64,000 nucleotides of DNA from Felis catus (lineage: Eukaryota). Numbering within the stretch: position 1 is the first letter of the stretch; every line of letters begins with the position of its first letter. A program made the position numbers and the translations under genes. The notes beneath the pieces are model-generated. The model saw only the letters and a list, made by a program, of their open reading frames with translations. It was not told the DNA's origin and made no database searches. Below, piece after piece: positions 52,284-64,000 of this stretch. The DNA is taken from NCBI RefSeq assembly GCF_018350175.1, contig NC_058368.1, positions 71,488,001 to 71,552,000 on the forward strand, in the 5' to 3' direction.

Positions 52284-53531
52284 AAATATTACAGCACCCT
52301 TTCAGATAGAGTTTTACCGTATTATAGTTTGGCAACTAAAGTTCAGACAGGTTAAATACTCCAGCGTGGTAAGCAGCTCTAACTTAGTCAAATAATAATG
52401 TCAGGTGAGACCCAAGCCATCGTTCCTTCTTCCCAGTTACTGAAATGTGCTGTGTGGACCCGAAGGCCCCTGAACCCAGAAACAAGCAAGTGCATAATGT
52501 ATGTCCAGCTGACATTTCATTATGTAGCCAATAGCATGTCTTTGCTTCTAGACTGTATGACCACACTATTGTGGAAATAGATAAACAGAAAGTCTGTATA
52601 GATGTATATGGATACAGTTATTCTTCTAAATAATATCTGTGTGTCTTTTATTATAATAAGTATCTTTTAAGAGAATTGAGAGAGAGAGGGAATTGTTAGG
52701 GATCTTGTGTCTTGACTTTGCTACAGTTTTATTTTGAAACTTAAATATCCCTTATGTGGTTTACTGTGGACATAATACTGTTATTTCTCTTAGCTCTCCC
52801 ATACAAGACTTAGGGAATCAGTGAGTGAAAGAAAGAAAGAAAGAAACTAACAGTACTTTTTATTTTAGCTTTGCTTGTTTTCTCTCACTTTTATATTATT
52901 TATTTGGAAATTAGAATTTTTCTCTTAAAAGTATCTGTTTTAAAAGATATGGGTTTTTTTTTTTTTTTTTTTTTGTTTTTTTTTGCATCTTCATAAGTGA
53001 TGACTTGGTGAAATTAGTCATTTAAGATTGACAAAAATATGACAACTTTTGCAAAGTTGAAATGGACTTTTAATATGCAACACCAAAGAATTTTGCCTAA
53101 TTAAAGCTTCTGTTTAATTAAAATCACAATGCACAGTCCTTCATTAAAATTAACACAGAAAAAGTTCTTTCTTGGTCCTTGGAGAGGATATTATATGCAA
53201 GCCCTGATGTGTGGGTTGCAAAATGTCACTGGAATTTATATGCATTACTTGTCTAATTGCAGTAAATGTAGCATGTCCAGATAGGTTTAGAGTGAGAAGG
53301 CTGTTTGTTACTTACTGGAAATCACTGGAAACCTCAGTACCCAGAGGCAGCTGTGCCCAGGTCCTTCACCTCTCCCCAGAGACAGCTAAGAAGACTCCTG
53401 TTGGACCCTGTCTCTCATGGCGGGAGCAGTAAACATGACAGGCTGTTGGGAGCCATCTGTTTAAAGTGGCTGCTGCTTTGTATGCGGCAGTGAACTTGAG
53501 ATCAGTTTTCTGTCTTTCTTCATGGTAATAG

Positions 53532-53780
<249 letters not shown>

Positions 53781-55133
53781 TGAAAACATTGTTTCGTTCT
53801 TGAGGGGATCTTGAAGCAAGTCTTATTCTGAGGAATGGATGTTTTCTTTTTTTCAGGCAATCCAGCAGTGTCAGTGTATTATTACTGTTGTACATAGAGC
53901 ATCCTGCGTGTTTTTCTAAAAACATGGGAAGATAGCATTTTTGTTGCCATTGTGGGTTTTTAGTTATAAAATATGACTTTGTTACCTTCCTTTTCTGTGT
54001 GACTGAGATTGTGTACTGTTCGATCAGCAGAAATGTGAGCTGTTCAGATGGACTTGCCAGAACACCTTGATGCCTTTTTAAAATTCAGTGATCTTAACAT
54101 GTTAACCTTTCTTTTCCCTGCAAAATACAATCTCTTACATTGAGGAAATGACTTGAAATCCAGAGTTGACTGAATATTCTTTGCTATTGGTGGCTTCCGA
54201 ATTGAAGTAGAAGCTACGAAGGGAGGTGCTGCCAGAGTTTCTGCAGCTCACCTCCTAGTTGAGGGGTAGGGTTCCAGGGAAAACAAAACAAAGAACTCCA
54301 CGTAACATGTGACGATCACCTGCAGATAAAAATCCAGACCCCACCCCCACCCCACAGTATTAAACGCTCATTCTCTTTGTTGTTGTTTTTTACAAAAATA
54401 TTTTTGTGTTCCCTTAACTTGATTTTACACAGGAGACTGATTTTTAAAACCTAGAGAAGTCAACAGAATCACAGATCAAGACTTCTCTATAGCAGATTCA
54501 CATATATCTCTTAGAGACAGAGGTAGTCTAGAAACTTCCTGGTAAATGTTTAATGACTAAACTAATTTATAAGCCAGGCTTAATTGGTAGATTATCTTTA
54601 TGGTTCTAAGAAACATTGAATGCTCAGGACCGAGTCGTATATTTTGGCTTTGGTTTTCTGGCTTGCCCCAGTATATTTATTCTCTCATATTTTCTTTCAT
54701 ATTCTCATTATGAAGTGAAATACTTTGAGACCCTTGGAAAAAATATCACTGCATAATTTCACACTACCTAGATCCATTCATCGTGTTTTCAAAAAGCATG
54801 GTTTTGTGATATTTGTTTATGTTTAATAGAATATGCTCTGCCCTGAATGTGCTGTGGCCAGGCAGCATTTTCTGGTCAGGGGACATAATATGGCCTGCCA
54901 GTAGAGAGATACAAATTCCTACTACCCAAATTAGTGTATCATATTTTCAGCTTCCTTCTCAATGACTGTGCAGATAGGTAGCCTGATGGCATTTTTATAT
55001 GTAGAGTTTCTAGCTAAATTAATACTGGATATGTATTTAGAATAATTCCCAGAAATATTTTCCCTATCATAGGGATACTGTTCAGTAAATCCTTGTCATT
55101 CTTGTAAGTTCTTTGCTTAAAAAAAAAAAATTA

Positions 55134-55347
55134 GGGGCTTCTGGGTGGCTCAGTTGGTTAAACGTCTGACTTCAGCTCAGGTCATGATCTCACTGTTAGT
55201 GAGTTCGAGCCCCGTGTTGGGCTCTGTGCTGACAGCTGAGAGCCTGGAGCCTGCTTCCGATTCTGTGTCTCCCTCTCTCTCTGCCCCTCCCCTACTCATG
55301 CTCTGTCTCTTTCTCTCTCTCAAAAATAAATATAAATTAAAAAAAAT
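55134..55347 (+). mobile_element. CanSINE
   Basis: Full body and tail. Confidence 0.94.
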
Positions 55348-55609
55348 TAATGTGAAATAAATGACCCCTCACGCAGACCCCCCTGACTCTGGAGAAGGGT
55401 GTTGCATCTAGTTAAGTACCATTTCATCAGAAGGAAATAAATTCATTCAGAGAGGTAAATGGTAGACTGGATAAAAACCAAACAAACTCATTGACCTAAA
55501 AAATGCTGAGGAAAGTTTTCCTTTCCAGAATAGATGGATTTTATTCACTCTTTATGGACATTAACATTCACTGTTGACTCTCTTTATCTCTATAACGTGG
55601 TTCCCATGA

Positions 55610-55980
55610 AATTAATAACATAATGAGGGTAAGTAATACACAGTACTTACTGTGTATCAGGCACAATTCTGAATGCATTTCATGTATTCATATCATCTTC
55701 ACAGCAACTGTATGAAGTGGGTACTATTATTTATACTTTTGTATATGAGGCAACTGAGGCTCAGAGAAAAGTAAGTGACCTCAAGGTCACGAGGCTGATA
55801 GGAGGTAGAGCCAGGCAGGCTTGCTGTAGGACCTGTGCTGTTAAGCATTACACTTTACTGAGGCAAGCTAAGCAACTTCTCTGTGGTTACAAAGCTACGA
55901 AGAAGCTAAGCAGAAATTTGAACCCTGGCGCTGGGACCCCAGAGTGTGAGCTTCTAACCTTTTAACCACTGTGCTATATA
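55610..55980 (-). mobile_element. MIR fragments
   Basis: tgaggcaactgaggctcagagaaaagtaagtgacctcaaggtcac is the antisense MIR core. Confidence 0.8.
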
Positions 55981-56047
55981 GTACTTTTTGATTGTCTCCA
56001 TCAGAGTTCTTCAGATAATAATGTACCTTTCCTTCATGCTTTAAGCC

Positions 56048-56226
56048 AATATGTTCAAACTTAGGTGTGCTTCAGAATCACCTGGAAGGCTTGTTAAAAC
56101 TCAGATGGTTGGATCCACCCCAGAGTTTACTCCCATTTAGTAGGCCTAGGCTAAGTGTGCATTTCTAGTAAGTTCCCAGGTAATGCTGATGCTGCTAGTC
56201 TGGGGAAAGCAGTCTGAGAACCATTG
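56048..56226. mobile_element. MER5-type hAT-Charlie MITE
   Basis: cagaatcacctggaaggcttgttaaaac…tgcatttctagtaagttcccaggtaatgctgatgctgct…tgagaaccattg. Confidence 0.85.
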
Positions 56227-56864
56227 CTTTAAACCCTTGCAATCAGAGAATAAGCTGGGTGTGAGGAGCAAAAGTGAAGTGAGTAGGAACCAGGTCATTG
56301 GAAGCCTTGCTAATTACATAATGAGGCCACTGCTTCACCCTTGGCCGGTGGGACTCGTGGATGAGTGTTCACAAACGAAGTGATGCTGTGGAGAGGATTG
56401 GGAGTTTAGGAAGAGCTTGGTTCAAGTTGCATTGTGGAGACAGGATGGGAGGAGAATGAGACTGGACACAAAGAGAGAAGTTAGGATGCATTTCAGAAAC
56501 AGAGGAGGGAAATCATCTTGTCTCAGAATGTTAGCTGTTCAGAGCATTGTGTGGGGAAGGGATTTGAAATGACAGGAGAATGAATGATGGCTTCACAGTG
56601 TTCTTTGTGGATTTGTCCTCCACCTGCCTTAAGCCTGGGCAGACCTTCAGGATTTGTGCCCAACTCCCTTTTCTCTGTGCTGACTTCTTGGGCTGAGTTC
56701 CTCAAGACTTCAGCTCAATACCTTCAAATAGATAGCTATGAAAATGTGGCTATGAGTTTCAAAGAAGAACTAGGATGGATATTATCACAGGTGATTTTCA
56801 AGTGATATTACAGTAATAATGGCTGGAGGTTTTTTTCCCCCTAGATTTTTGTGCCTGCATTTAA

Positions 56865-57490
56865 ACTTTTTTTATTGAATATTTTATATACACAAATATG
56901 TATTGATCTATATAAAATCTAAAGAAAAACACAACAAAAACACTTACCATCTAGATTAAAAAAGGAAAAAAAATTACCAGTATTACTGACTTCCCTCTGC
57001 ATTCCCCCTTGCTTAAAATCCTTCCTCCTGCCCCAAGAGATAACCACAATCCCAGTTTTTAAATGTATCTCTCCCTTCCTTTTCTTTAAGGATGTTATAT
57101 ATACGTACAACTGTAAACAGTATATTGTGTAGCACCATATTTCTCTGTGCTTCTGTGAGTTGCTTTCTCCTCCAGTATTAGGTTTGTGAGATTGATCATC
57201 TGGATGTATGTAGTTTTATTTATTTCCATGCTATGTAAGTCCTATTAATATACCACAATTTATTCTTTCTCCCCTAAGTAGATATTTGTGTTACTGATTT
57301 TGTTTTTAGAACAAACACTGCTTCTCTGAACATTTCTATGTTTCCTCTTGAAATCGTTTCTCCAAGGAGTATGCCAGCCAATAGAACAGTTGGCTTGTAA
57401 GGACCATGCATTCTTAATCCTACACAGTAATGCCAAATGGTTTTTCCTGTATGGCTGTACCAATGTATATGTCTACCAACAGTGCTGCTG
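56865..57490 (-). mobile_element. Old L1ME-like 3' end
   Basis: Degenerate L1 3'UTR/ORF2 end (cccaagagataaccac; tgccaaatggtttt…ggctgtaccaat). Confidence 0.6.
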
Positions 57491-57499
57491 CTATCAATA

Positions 57500-57745
57500 A
57501 CATGAATAATAATAAAACCTTATTGTATATTTACTATGTTAGGCACTGACTCTCCTATAATACCTCATCTGTATCAAAGTATTTAATCCTCACACCAATC
57601 TAGTGTACTAGTATTACCCTGCATTTTGAGGTTAGGGAAACTTGAGGCCTGTAGAAACTAAATTGCTCACCCAAGGCATTCTGCTAATAGATGGAGGAGC
57701 CAAGATTTGAACCCAGGAATCTGTTCCTTTAACAGTTTTGCTTCA
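57500..57745 (-). mobile_element. MIR
   Basis: tttaatcctcac…gaaacttgaggc…ggagccaagatttgaacccagg. Confidence 0.7.
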
Positions 57746-58322
57746 CATCCTAGGTAACCCTTGATATCCAGACTACTTAAGTTATCTTTTTGTGGTTTTA
57801 ATGTATAATAGGTTGGTAATGACAATGAGCATTTTAAAAATATGTTTATTGTCAGTCCTGTTTTCCTTTCTGCAAACTGCCTGTTCATGGCTTTTGCCCA
57901 TTTTTTCTTTTTATTGGAGCATTCATCTTTTACTTAATGATTCATAAAAGTTCATATTTTGTGTATCTCGATCCTCTGTTAGTGGCTTATGTAGTAATTC
58001 TGTGTTTAACCTTTTTAAAGAACCACTGTGCTGTTTTCTACAGCAGCTGCACCATTTTACATTTCTACAGTAATGCACAAGGATTTCAATTTCTGCACCT
58101 TTTCACCAGCACTTGTTCTTTTCTGGTGGTTTTATTGTTCTTTTATAAAGTTACACTAATGGGTATGAAGTGGTAGTACCTCATTGTAGAACAAAATTTA
58201 TTTAGATAGTTATTGAGAAAACATTCTGAGTACTTCCTAATATTTGTCTTTCCTTTTATCTGTTTTACCGCATAACTGCTTTGCTGCACAAATGAAACTT
58301 TGTCAGGGAAAATAGAAGGAAC

Positions 58323-58531
58323 TTTTTTTTTTTTTTTTGGTTTATTTTTTGAGAGGGAGAGAGAACAAGCAGGGGAGGGGCAGAGAAAGAGGGAGAGTGA
58401 GAATCCCAAGTAGGCTCTGTACTGTCAGCACAAAACCCAATGTGGGGCTCAAATTCACAAACCGTGAGATCATGACCTGAGCTGAAATCAAGAGTTTGAG
58501 GCTTAACCTACTGAGCCACTCAGGCGCCCCC
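58323..58531 (-). mobile_element. CanSINE
   Basis: Full body; TSD aaggaactttttt. Confidence 0.94.
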
Positions 58532-58694
58532 AATAAAAGGAACTTTTTTACAACTCTTCTTTTAAGCTCACTTTCTCAGCTTATTCTTTCCTCCCCTGCA
58601 TAAAATCACATACAGTTCTCAGTTGTATAGTTGCTACCAGGGAATAGGCAAGCAGTATTCTGTTTGGGAGAGGAGGTGTTGAAAAGTCTAGTTC

Positions 58695-58892
58695 AGGGAC
58701 ACCTGGGTGGCTCATTTGGTTTAGTATCTGACTTCAGCTCAGGTCGTGATCTTGTGGTTTGTGAGTTTGAGCCCTGTGTCGGGCTCTCTACTGTCAGTAC
58801 AGAGCCTGCTTCAGATCCTCTGCCCCCTCTTTCTTTGTCCCTCCCCTGCTCATTCTCTCTCAAAAAAATAAACATTTAAAAAAATAAATAAA
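58695..58892 (+). mobile_element. CanSINE
   Basis: Full body; TSD-like tctagtt. Confidence 0.92.
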
Positions 58893-59709
58893 AATCTAGT
58901 TTATTGTAATGTCAAAACTGTTAAAACCTCTCCTCCTGAACTCATTTCCACCTCAGACAGAAATTTTATAGGGAAAATGAGAGTGTTGCTTTCTTCCCTC
59001 TTGCTTTATATCCTCTCTCACTTCTTGTTTGCCATCTGAGGTCTGTCCAAAGTTTCAGTCTGGGGTAAAGAAGAGAGGAACATGGCAGGAAGAACTAGGT
59101 TGACCTAGGCTAATGTAACCTGGCACTCGTTACTTTGGAGGCATGTCAAACATCCAAAGTTGGACACTTGGCTGGTGTCCTCAAGGACACTTTTGTCGAT
59201 TTGGGGGAATTTCTCACCTGTAGAACCCTTAAAGTCTGCTCTGTCTTTTCCAGCTGTCTTTAGCCTCCTGATTCCTATCCCTCTAGATTTTTCTGTTGAG
59301 CAGGTTCTCTCATAACGACTCAGCCTTAGTCTTTTCTGTACAATCCACGTCTAGACCACAAGAAATAGTTACAAATCGATGCCTCACCATACTCTTCTTT
59401 TCCTGTTTTGTCACTAAAACAATTGCTGATCTTACCTAGATACCCTTCAAAATCCAGGAGATACATGGAAAACCAAGGGATTCTCATAAAATCCCTTTCA
59501 CATAGCTTAAAATGTTCAACCTTGAGTTTTTAGCTTAAGAATTTAACTTCAAACAATTTTTAAATTTCTTTCATATTCTCTTGAGGTGGGAGATGGGCAA
59601 TTGTTGGTTTTGTGGTTTCCTAGCATGTTCTACTTGGTGTAGCCAGTCTAGTACACCAGTCTACTTGGTGTAGCCAGTCTTATTCAAGAATATGTGAGTA
59701 CTTAGCACC

Positions 59710-59886
59710 TATTTTATTTTAATTTAATTTTATTTATTTTTGAGAGAGAGAGTGTGGGGGAGAGAATCCAAGGCAGGCTCCGTGCTGTTAGCACAGAGCC
59801 CAATGTGGGGCTTGAACCCACAAACCATGAGATCATGACCTAAGCTGAAGTCAGATGCTTAACTGACTGAGCCACCCAGGTGCCCC
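59710..59886 (-). mobile_element. CanSINE
   Basis: Typical body. Confidence 0.92.
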
Positions 59887-61368
59887 TCTGTTTAGTTTTA
59901 TTATTGAATCCCTGTGACTATGTGAAAAGTAGCAGTTAACAACTTCATCTGATTAAATGACAAAGTAGTTGGGGAGGAAGCATACCTTTGCTTTAAGAGT
60001 TAGCTCCCTATTCATCCAATCAAATCTAATCATATCACATTATCTTTTGACTTTCCTGGCTTTCCTTGGTAAGCCTCAGGAACTTGATATTATCTATTAA
60101 TTCCTTTAAAAAAATTGTATTTTGGCATGTACTCTCATTTGGAAAATGAATTTCATAAGTTACTAACTTCCTTTAATTGATCAGAATTTTCAGTTTTGAT
60201 TTGACCTTCAATTCCCACTGCCATACTGAATTCGTGGCACATGTGAAGAACGGCTCATTAGCTGGAGGAAAGGATGAGTGGATGAATGCATGGATAGTTA
60301 TCTTGCATTTTATAATTTCAGAAATAAATTTGTCTTATCTATACTTTTAACATTTAGATTTTATTTCTTCTAAGACTTTATCAAATTAAGCTATGTTCAA
60401 ACGATAGCCTTCTTAGCTGTTTTATCAATTCTCTTTAGTTCTTTACTTTCCAACATTTGCAGAATCTGTACTCTATTAGATAACATGGCAGCTTGATCCC
60501 CACGGATATGGAATCACATAGTATTTGTGAGTTCAAAGACAAATGAGGGCTCCCAAGGGTCTGCCCCCAAAAGTATCATGCTTACCAAGTGAGGTTCTTT
60601 CCAATCAAGCAAACATCTTTCCTATTTTCCTAAGCTGTTTAAGGCCAACAGTACCACCTGTTGATAGGTATCTATAGGTATAGTAAAGGTTCTCCTCAGA
60701 CTGTTCCTGATTTCCCGTCTCTATGAGGGGAATGCGAACATTGGCACATTGCTTGAGATGTATCTTACCCAGCATCACTAACGACCCATTGTTTAATTAA
60801 GTCTGCTGCACAAGCTCTTCAGTTACCCACGCGGCTGCTTTTTCTCTTCTGATGTTTAGAAAATCCTATTTTTGGACAGAAGTTCTAATCATTATTAATA
60901 GCTTTAAGTATATAGCTAGTGATGCATGTATCCAAAAGGAGGAAGAGGAGGTCCTGTATTTTGAAATGAAGTAATTTATGCTGAAGAATCAAGGATATAA
61001 GCATTAAAAAACTCTTGGAGATACTTATAGGTCCTCTAGAATTTTTATAGGTTTTTAATCTATTTCTTCATCTAATAAGTAAGCCAAGTTTTCCTCAAAG
61101 AACATCATTCAAGGGAAATAAAATGATAGCATTTCGTAATTCTCTTTTTTCTTATGTTGGGTATGTACCAGTGTTTTCCTCCTAGTTCCCCATTGTAGAT
61201 GTAGAGTCCGTCAGTAATAATGTTTATAAAGTAGATCTTAATGGTATAATCTGAGGACCTACAATCATCTCTCATTTTGACTATGGGAAGATAAAGTCTC
61301 ATTAGTATGAGAGCAATTCCAAATCTCTAGTAATTCCAAATTACTGATTTAAAAAATTATAGAGTGAA

Positions 61369-61790
61369 GCAGCATTGTCCAATAAAATCTGTTAAGCCAT
61401 ATATGCAATTTTAAATTTCTTAGTAGCCACGTCAAGAAAGTAAAAACAAGTGAGATTCATTTCACTAATCCATTTTGTTTAACTCCATATATCCAAAATG
61501 TTAGCGTTTCAACATGAAATAATCTAAAGAAAATTATTAATGTGATATCAGAAACAGCACCTATGCCTGAAATACGTATGCTAATATACCAATAATATCT
61601 TAAGCAACAGAATGATGAATGTGAAATGTGGCCCTACCAGAATGTTGTGTGTAAAGAAAAATAGGTTCCACAGCTTCTGTATTTAAATTACTTAATATTA
61701 ATTAAAATGGAAAATGTAGTTTCTCACTTGGCACTGGTCACATTCCAGGGCCCCAGTAGCCAAGTGTGGCTAGCAGTTACGGGTTAGATG
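61369..61790. mobile_element. hAT-Charlie MITE fragments (MER33-like 61369-61550; MER3-like 61680-61790)
   Basis: cagcattgtccaata…tagtagccac…atatatccaaaat and ggtcacattcc…tagccaagtgtggctag match recalled MER33/MER3 consensus. Confidence 0.7.
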
Positions 61791-64000
61791 GCTCACAAAA
61801 CTTTTCCTAAATGAGAGTGCTCATAGAAGACAAAACGTACTGGTTTTTACGCACTCCCCTGTGTGTCCACCGCAGTTTTGGTTTTTATCATTTAAAATTA
61901 AGAGGAGATAAACTAACTTCATTTTTTAAACAGAAGATGAATTTCTTCTCTAGTTGACAAACTTTTCACCTTTTAACTTAGAAGTTTAGCAAAATTTAGG
62001 ACTGTTTTTAATAAGCGGAATAATATCCTGCCTGCAGCATACAATTAAGTGTTGAAACAAAAGATACGCAGTGTTCTGCACATGTTGAACTCACTGTATT
62101 TTCTCCATACACCGTAGCATCTCGTAGTGTGAAACATGCTGATCAAATAGAACTTTTTTTTTTTAATTTCTGTGAATATACTCTCTTCCTATAAAGCATT
62201 CTTTTTAACTTCCAAAGAGGCTCTTCAGTTTTACTTTGAACAACTCAAATAGTCTTCCATTTCTTACAGTGTAATTTGTCTGGGATTTAATGTGTTGTTT
62301 CTCGTTAGCGTTTTACATACAAGATTTTCGTTTTGCGTAGTCGCGTTGTTTGAACATTTGCGAGCAGAGCTGCCGACTAACTGGTATTGGCCGTTTCTTT
62401 GTGTGGCATGATTTCTTCTCTCCACCTGCTCACAGCAGGTTGTCTACAGGCCTGAAGAGGAGCTAAATACTTTTGAAAATGTCTTGAGATCCCGCTAAGG
62501 TCTAACAATCTCTGCGTTTGTGTGATGTGAAGCTATTCATGATGTAACCTTTGAAGGCTTTTTTTTTTTTAATTTCTCATATTCTTGCTTAAATATTTTC
62601 AAGAGAAGATAAATTTATGATAAAGAACAGGAGAAAGCTGACTGCAGCACTAGCACATTCTACATTGAATAGGTCATTGATACTCAACTAAGTGGAACTA
62701 ATTTTCTATGTTAAAGCAGACACATTTGGAATAGTGTCACACGAATGTCATGTTATTTACTACAGAATGCCAGATTAAATGGATTATTTGTGAATTGATT
62801 GCAGTGTTAAATAGATTACATGACATGATAACTTAAAATGCTCAGTGGGCCTGTGTAATACAGAATATGATATAAGCACATGAACCTGAAGGAACGGCTC
62901 TAATTGTGTTCGCAGATTGAATAACTATCTGTGGTACGTGTGCTTGCAAATGCTTGTGCAGAGTTTGAATAGAATTTAAAATTTTAAACTTAACTTTCTT
63001 TTCTCAAAGAAAATGAATTGATCCTCGTACCTCTTTGAGTAAGGAAAGTTAAAAATAAGCGGTTTTCTTTTTTTTTAGATGAAAGTAACAACCTCTGGGA
63101 ACAAACTTGGGGTACAATAAATGTGTAAATGTATACAGATGCTATATAAATGAATATAGATGCTAAAGTAAATATTTTAATGATATTTTAATTAGAAAAT
63201 TAAATGAAGGGGCTTCCTTGTTTGCTTATACTTTGCCAGTACCAAAAAAAGTGGATTTGGAAGTGATCATTTTATGTTTTTAGTCCCAAAATAAATGTTT
63301 TCCATGGGTTTTAGATGTTTCTCCCATCCCCTTAGAAGTAATTAGGTGTTATTTTGTACTATACACATGTGATTACTCTAGAGTTACCAAATGTAATATG
63401 GAACCATCTATTTAGGATGTATAGGATATATAAATATATAACCTAGAATAAGTGGAGGTTGGTATTTTTTTTCCAAAGAAGTAGGAAATAAGAGAGTAAT
63501 TATTAACCATCTCCTTTTCACACTGCTGAAAACATCAATTACAGTTACACATCTTAGAAACAAGCCTGCCAGGAGAACAGAAATAACTCCTTTCACTATG
63601 CTTCAAAAAATTTAATCACAATTTAACAGCTGGGATGTATTTACAACTATAATTTAAAATACTAATTTTGACACGTTTACCTGCTTTTGAAATGTAGTCT
63701 TAGAAGCTTAGTGGTTTTTTTTGTTTTGTTTTGGTTTGTTTTGGGTTTTTTGTTTGTTTGTTTTGTGTTTTTTTTTTTTTTTTGTCTCTAGTGGCATTAT
63801 GATTTGGAGTTGCTTTTAAATATTTACTATAATGGGAAAATGTCGTTCGGAATCTTCCCCCACTCCCCTCACGTATTCTTTTTCTCCTCTACTGTCTGTT
63901 TACTAGAAAATTGTATTTTAGTAGCTGCCAGAAGAAGAGAATTTTCAATAGTATAAACACTGATTGTAGTAAATGTGGAAAATAATACAGGCAGCCACAC

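Noticed and set aside
59629..59680. Repeat-spacer-repeat as a CRISPR-like array
   Set aside because: Only two repeats with a 10-nt spacer, in a mammalian intron with no cas genes.

Overview
This is mammalian nuclear DNA, most likely from a felid, judged from about 40 carnivore CanSINEs including a young feline-type subfamily and a young carnivore L1. The whole window lies inside PCCA (propionyl-CoA carboxylase alpha chain) on the + strand. It holds two coding exons, 4188-4290 (103 nt) and 53553-53651 (99 nt), which match human exons 19 and 20 as I recall them and are separated by a 49,262-nt intron. The rest is intronic: CanSINEs (some nested or inverted), L1 copies of several ages, L2, MIR, hAT-Charlie MITEs and microsatellites. 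Nearly all ORFs in the supplied track are repeat-derived or spurious. I see no convincing novel protein-coding system. The best leads are (1) several transposon-free blocks dense in homeobox/SOX/TCF/MEIS motifs, which could be long-range enhancers for the ZIC2/ZIC5 pair that neighbours PCCA in human, (2) a candidate recursive splice site, (3) inverted SINE pairs able to form dsRNA, and (4) small templated-insertion scars. Repeat family names come from recalled consensus sequences, not from a search, and boundaries of old repeats are approximate.
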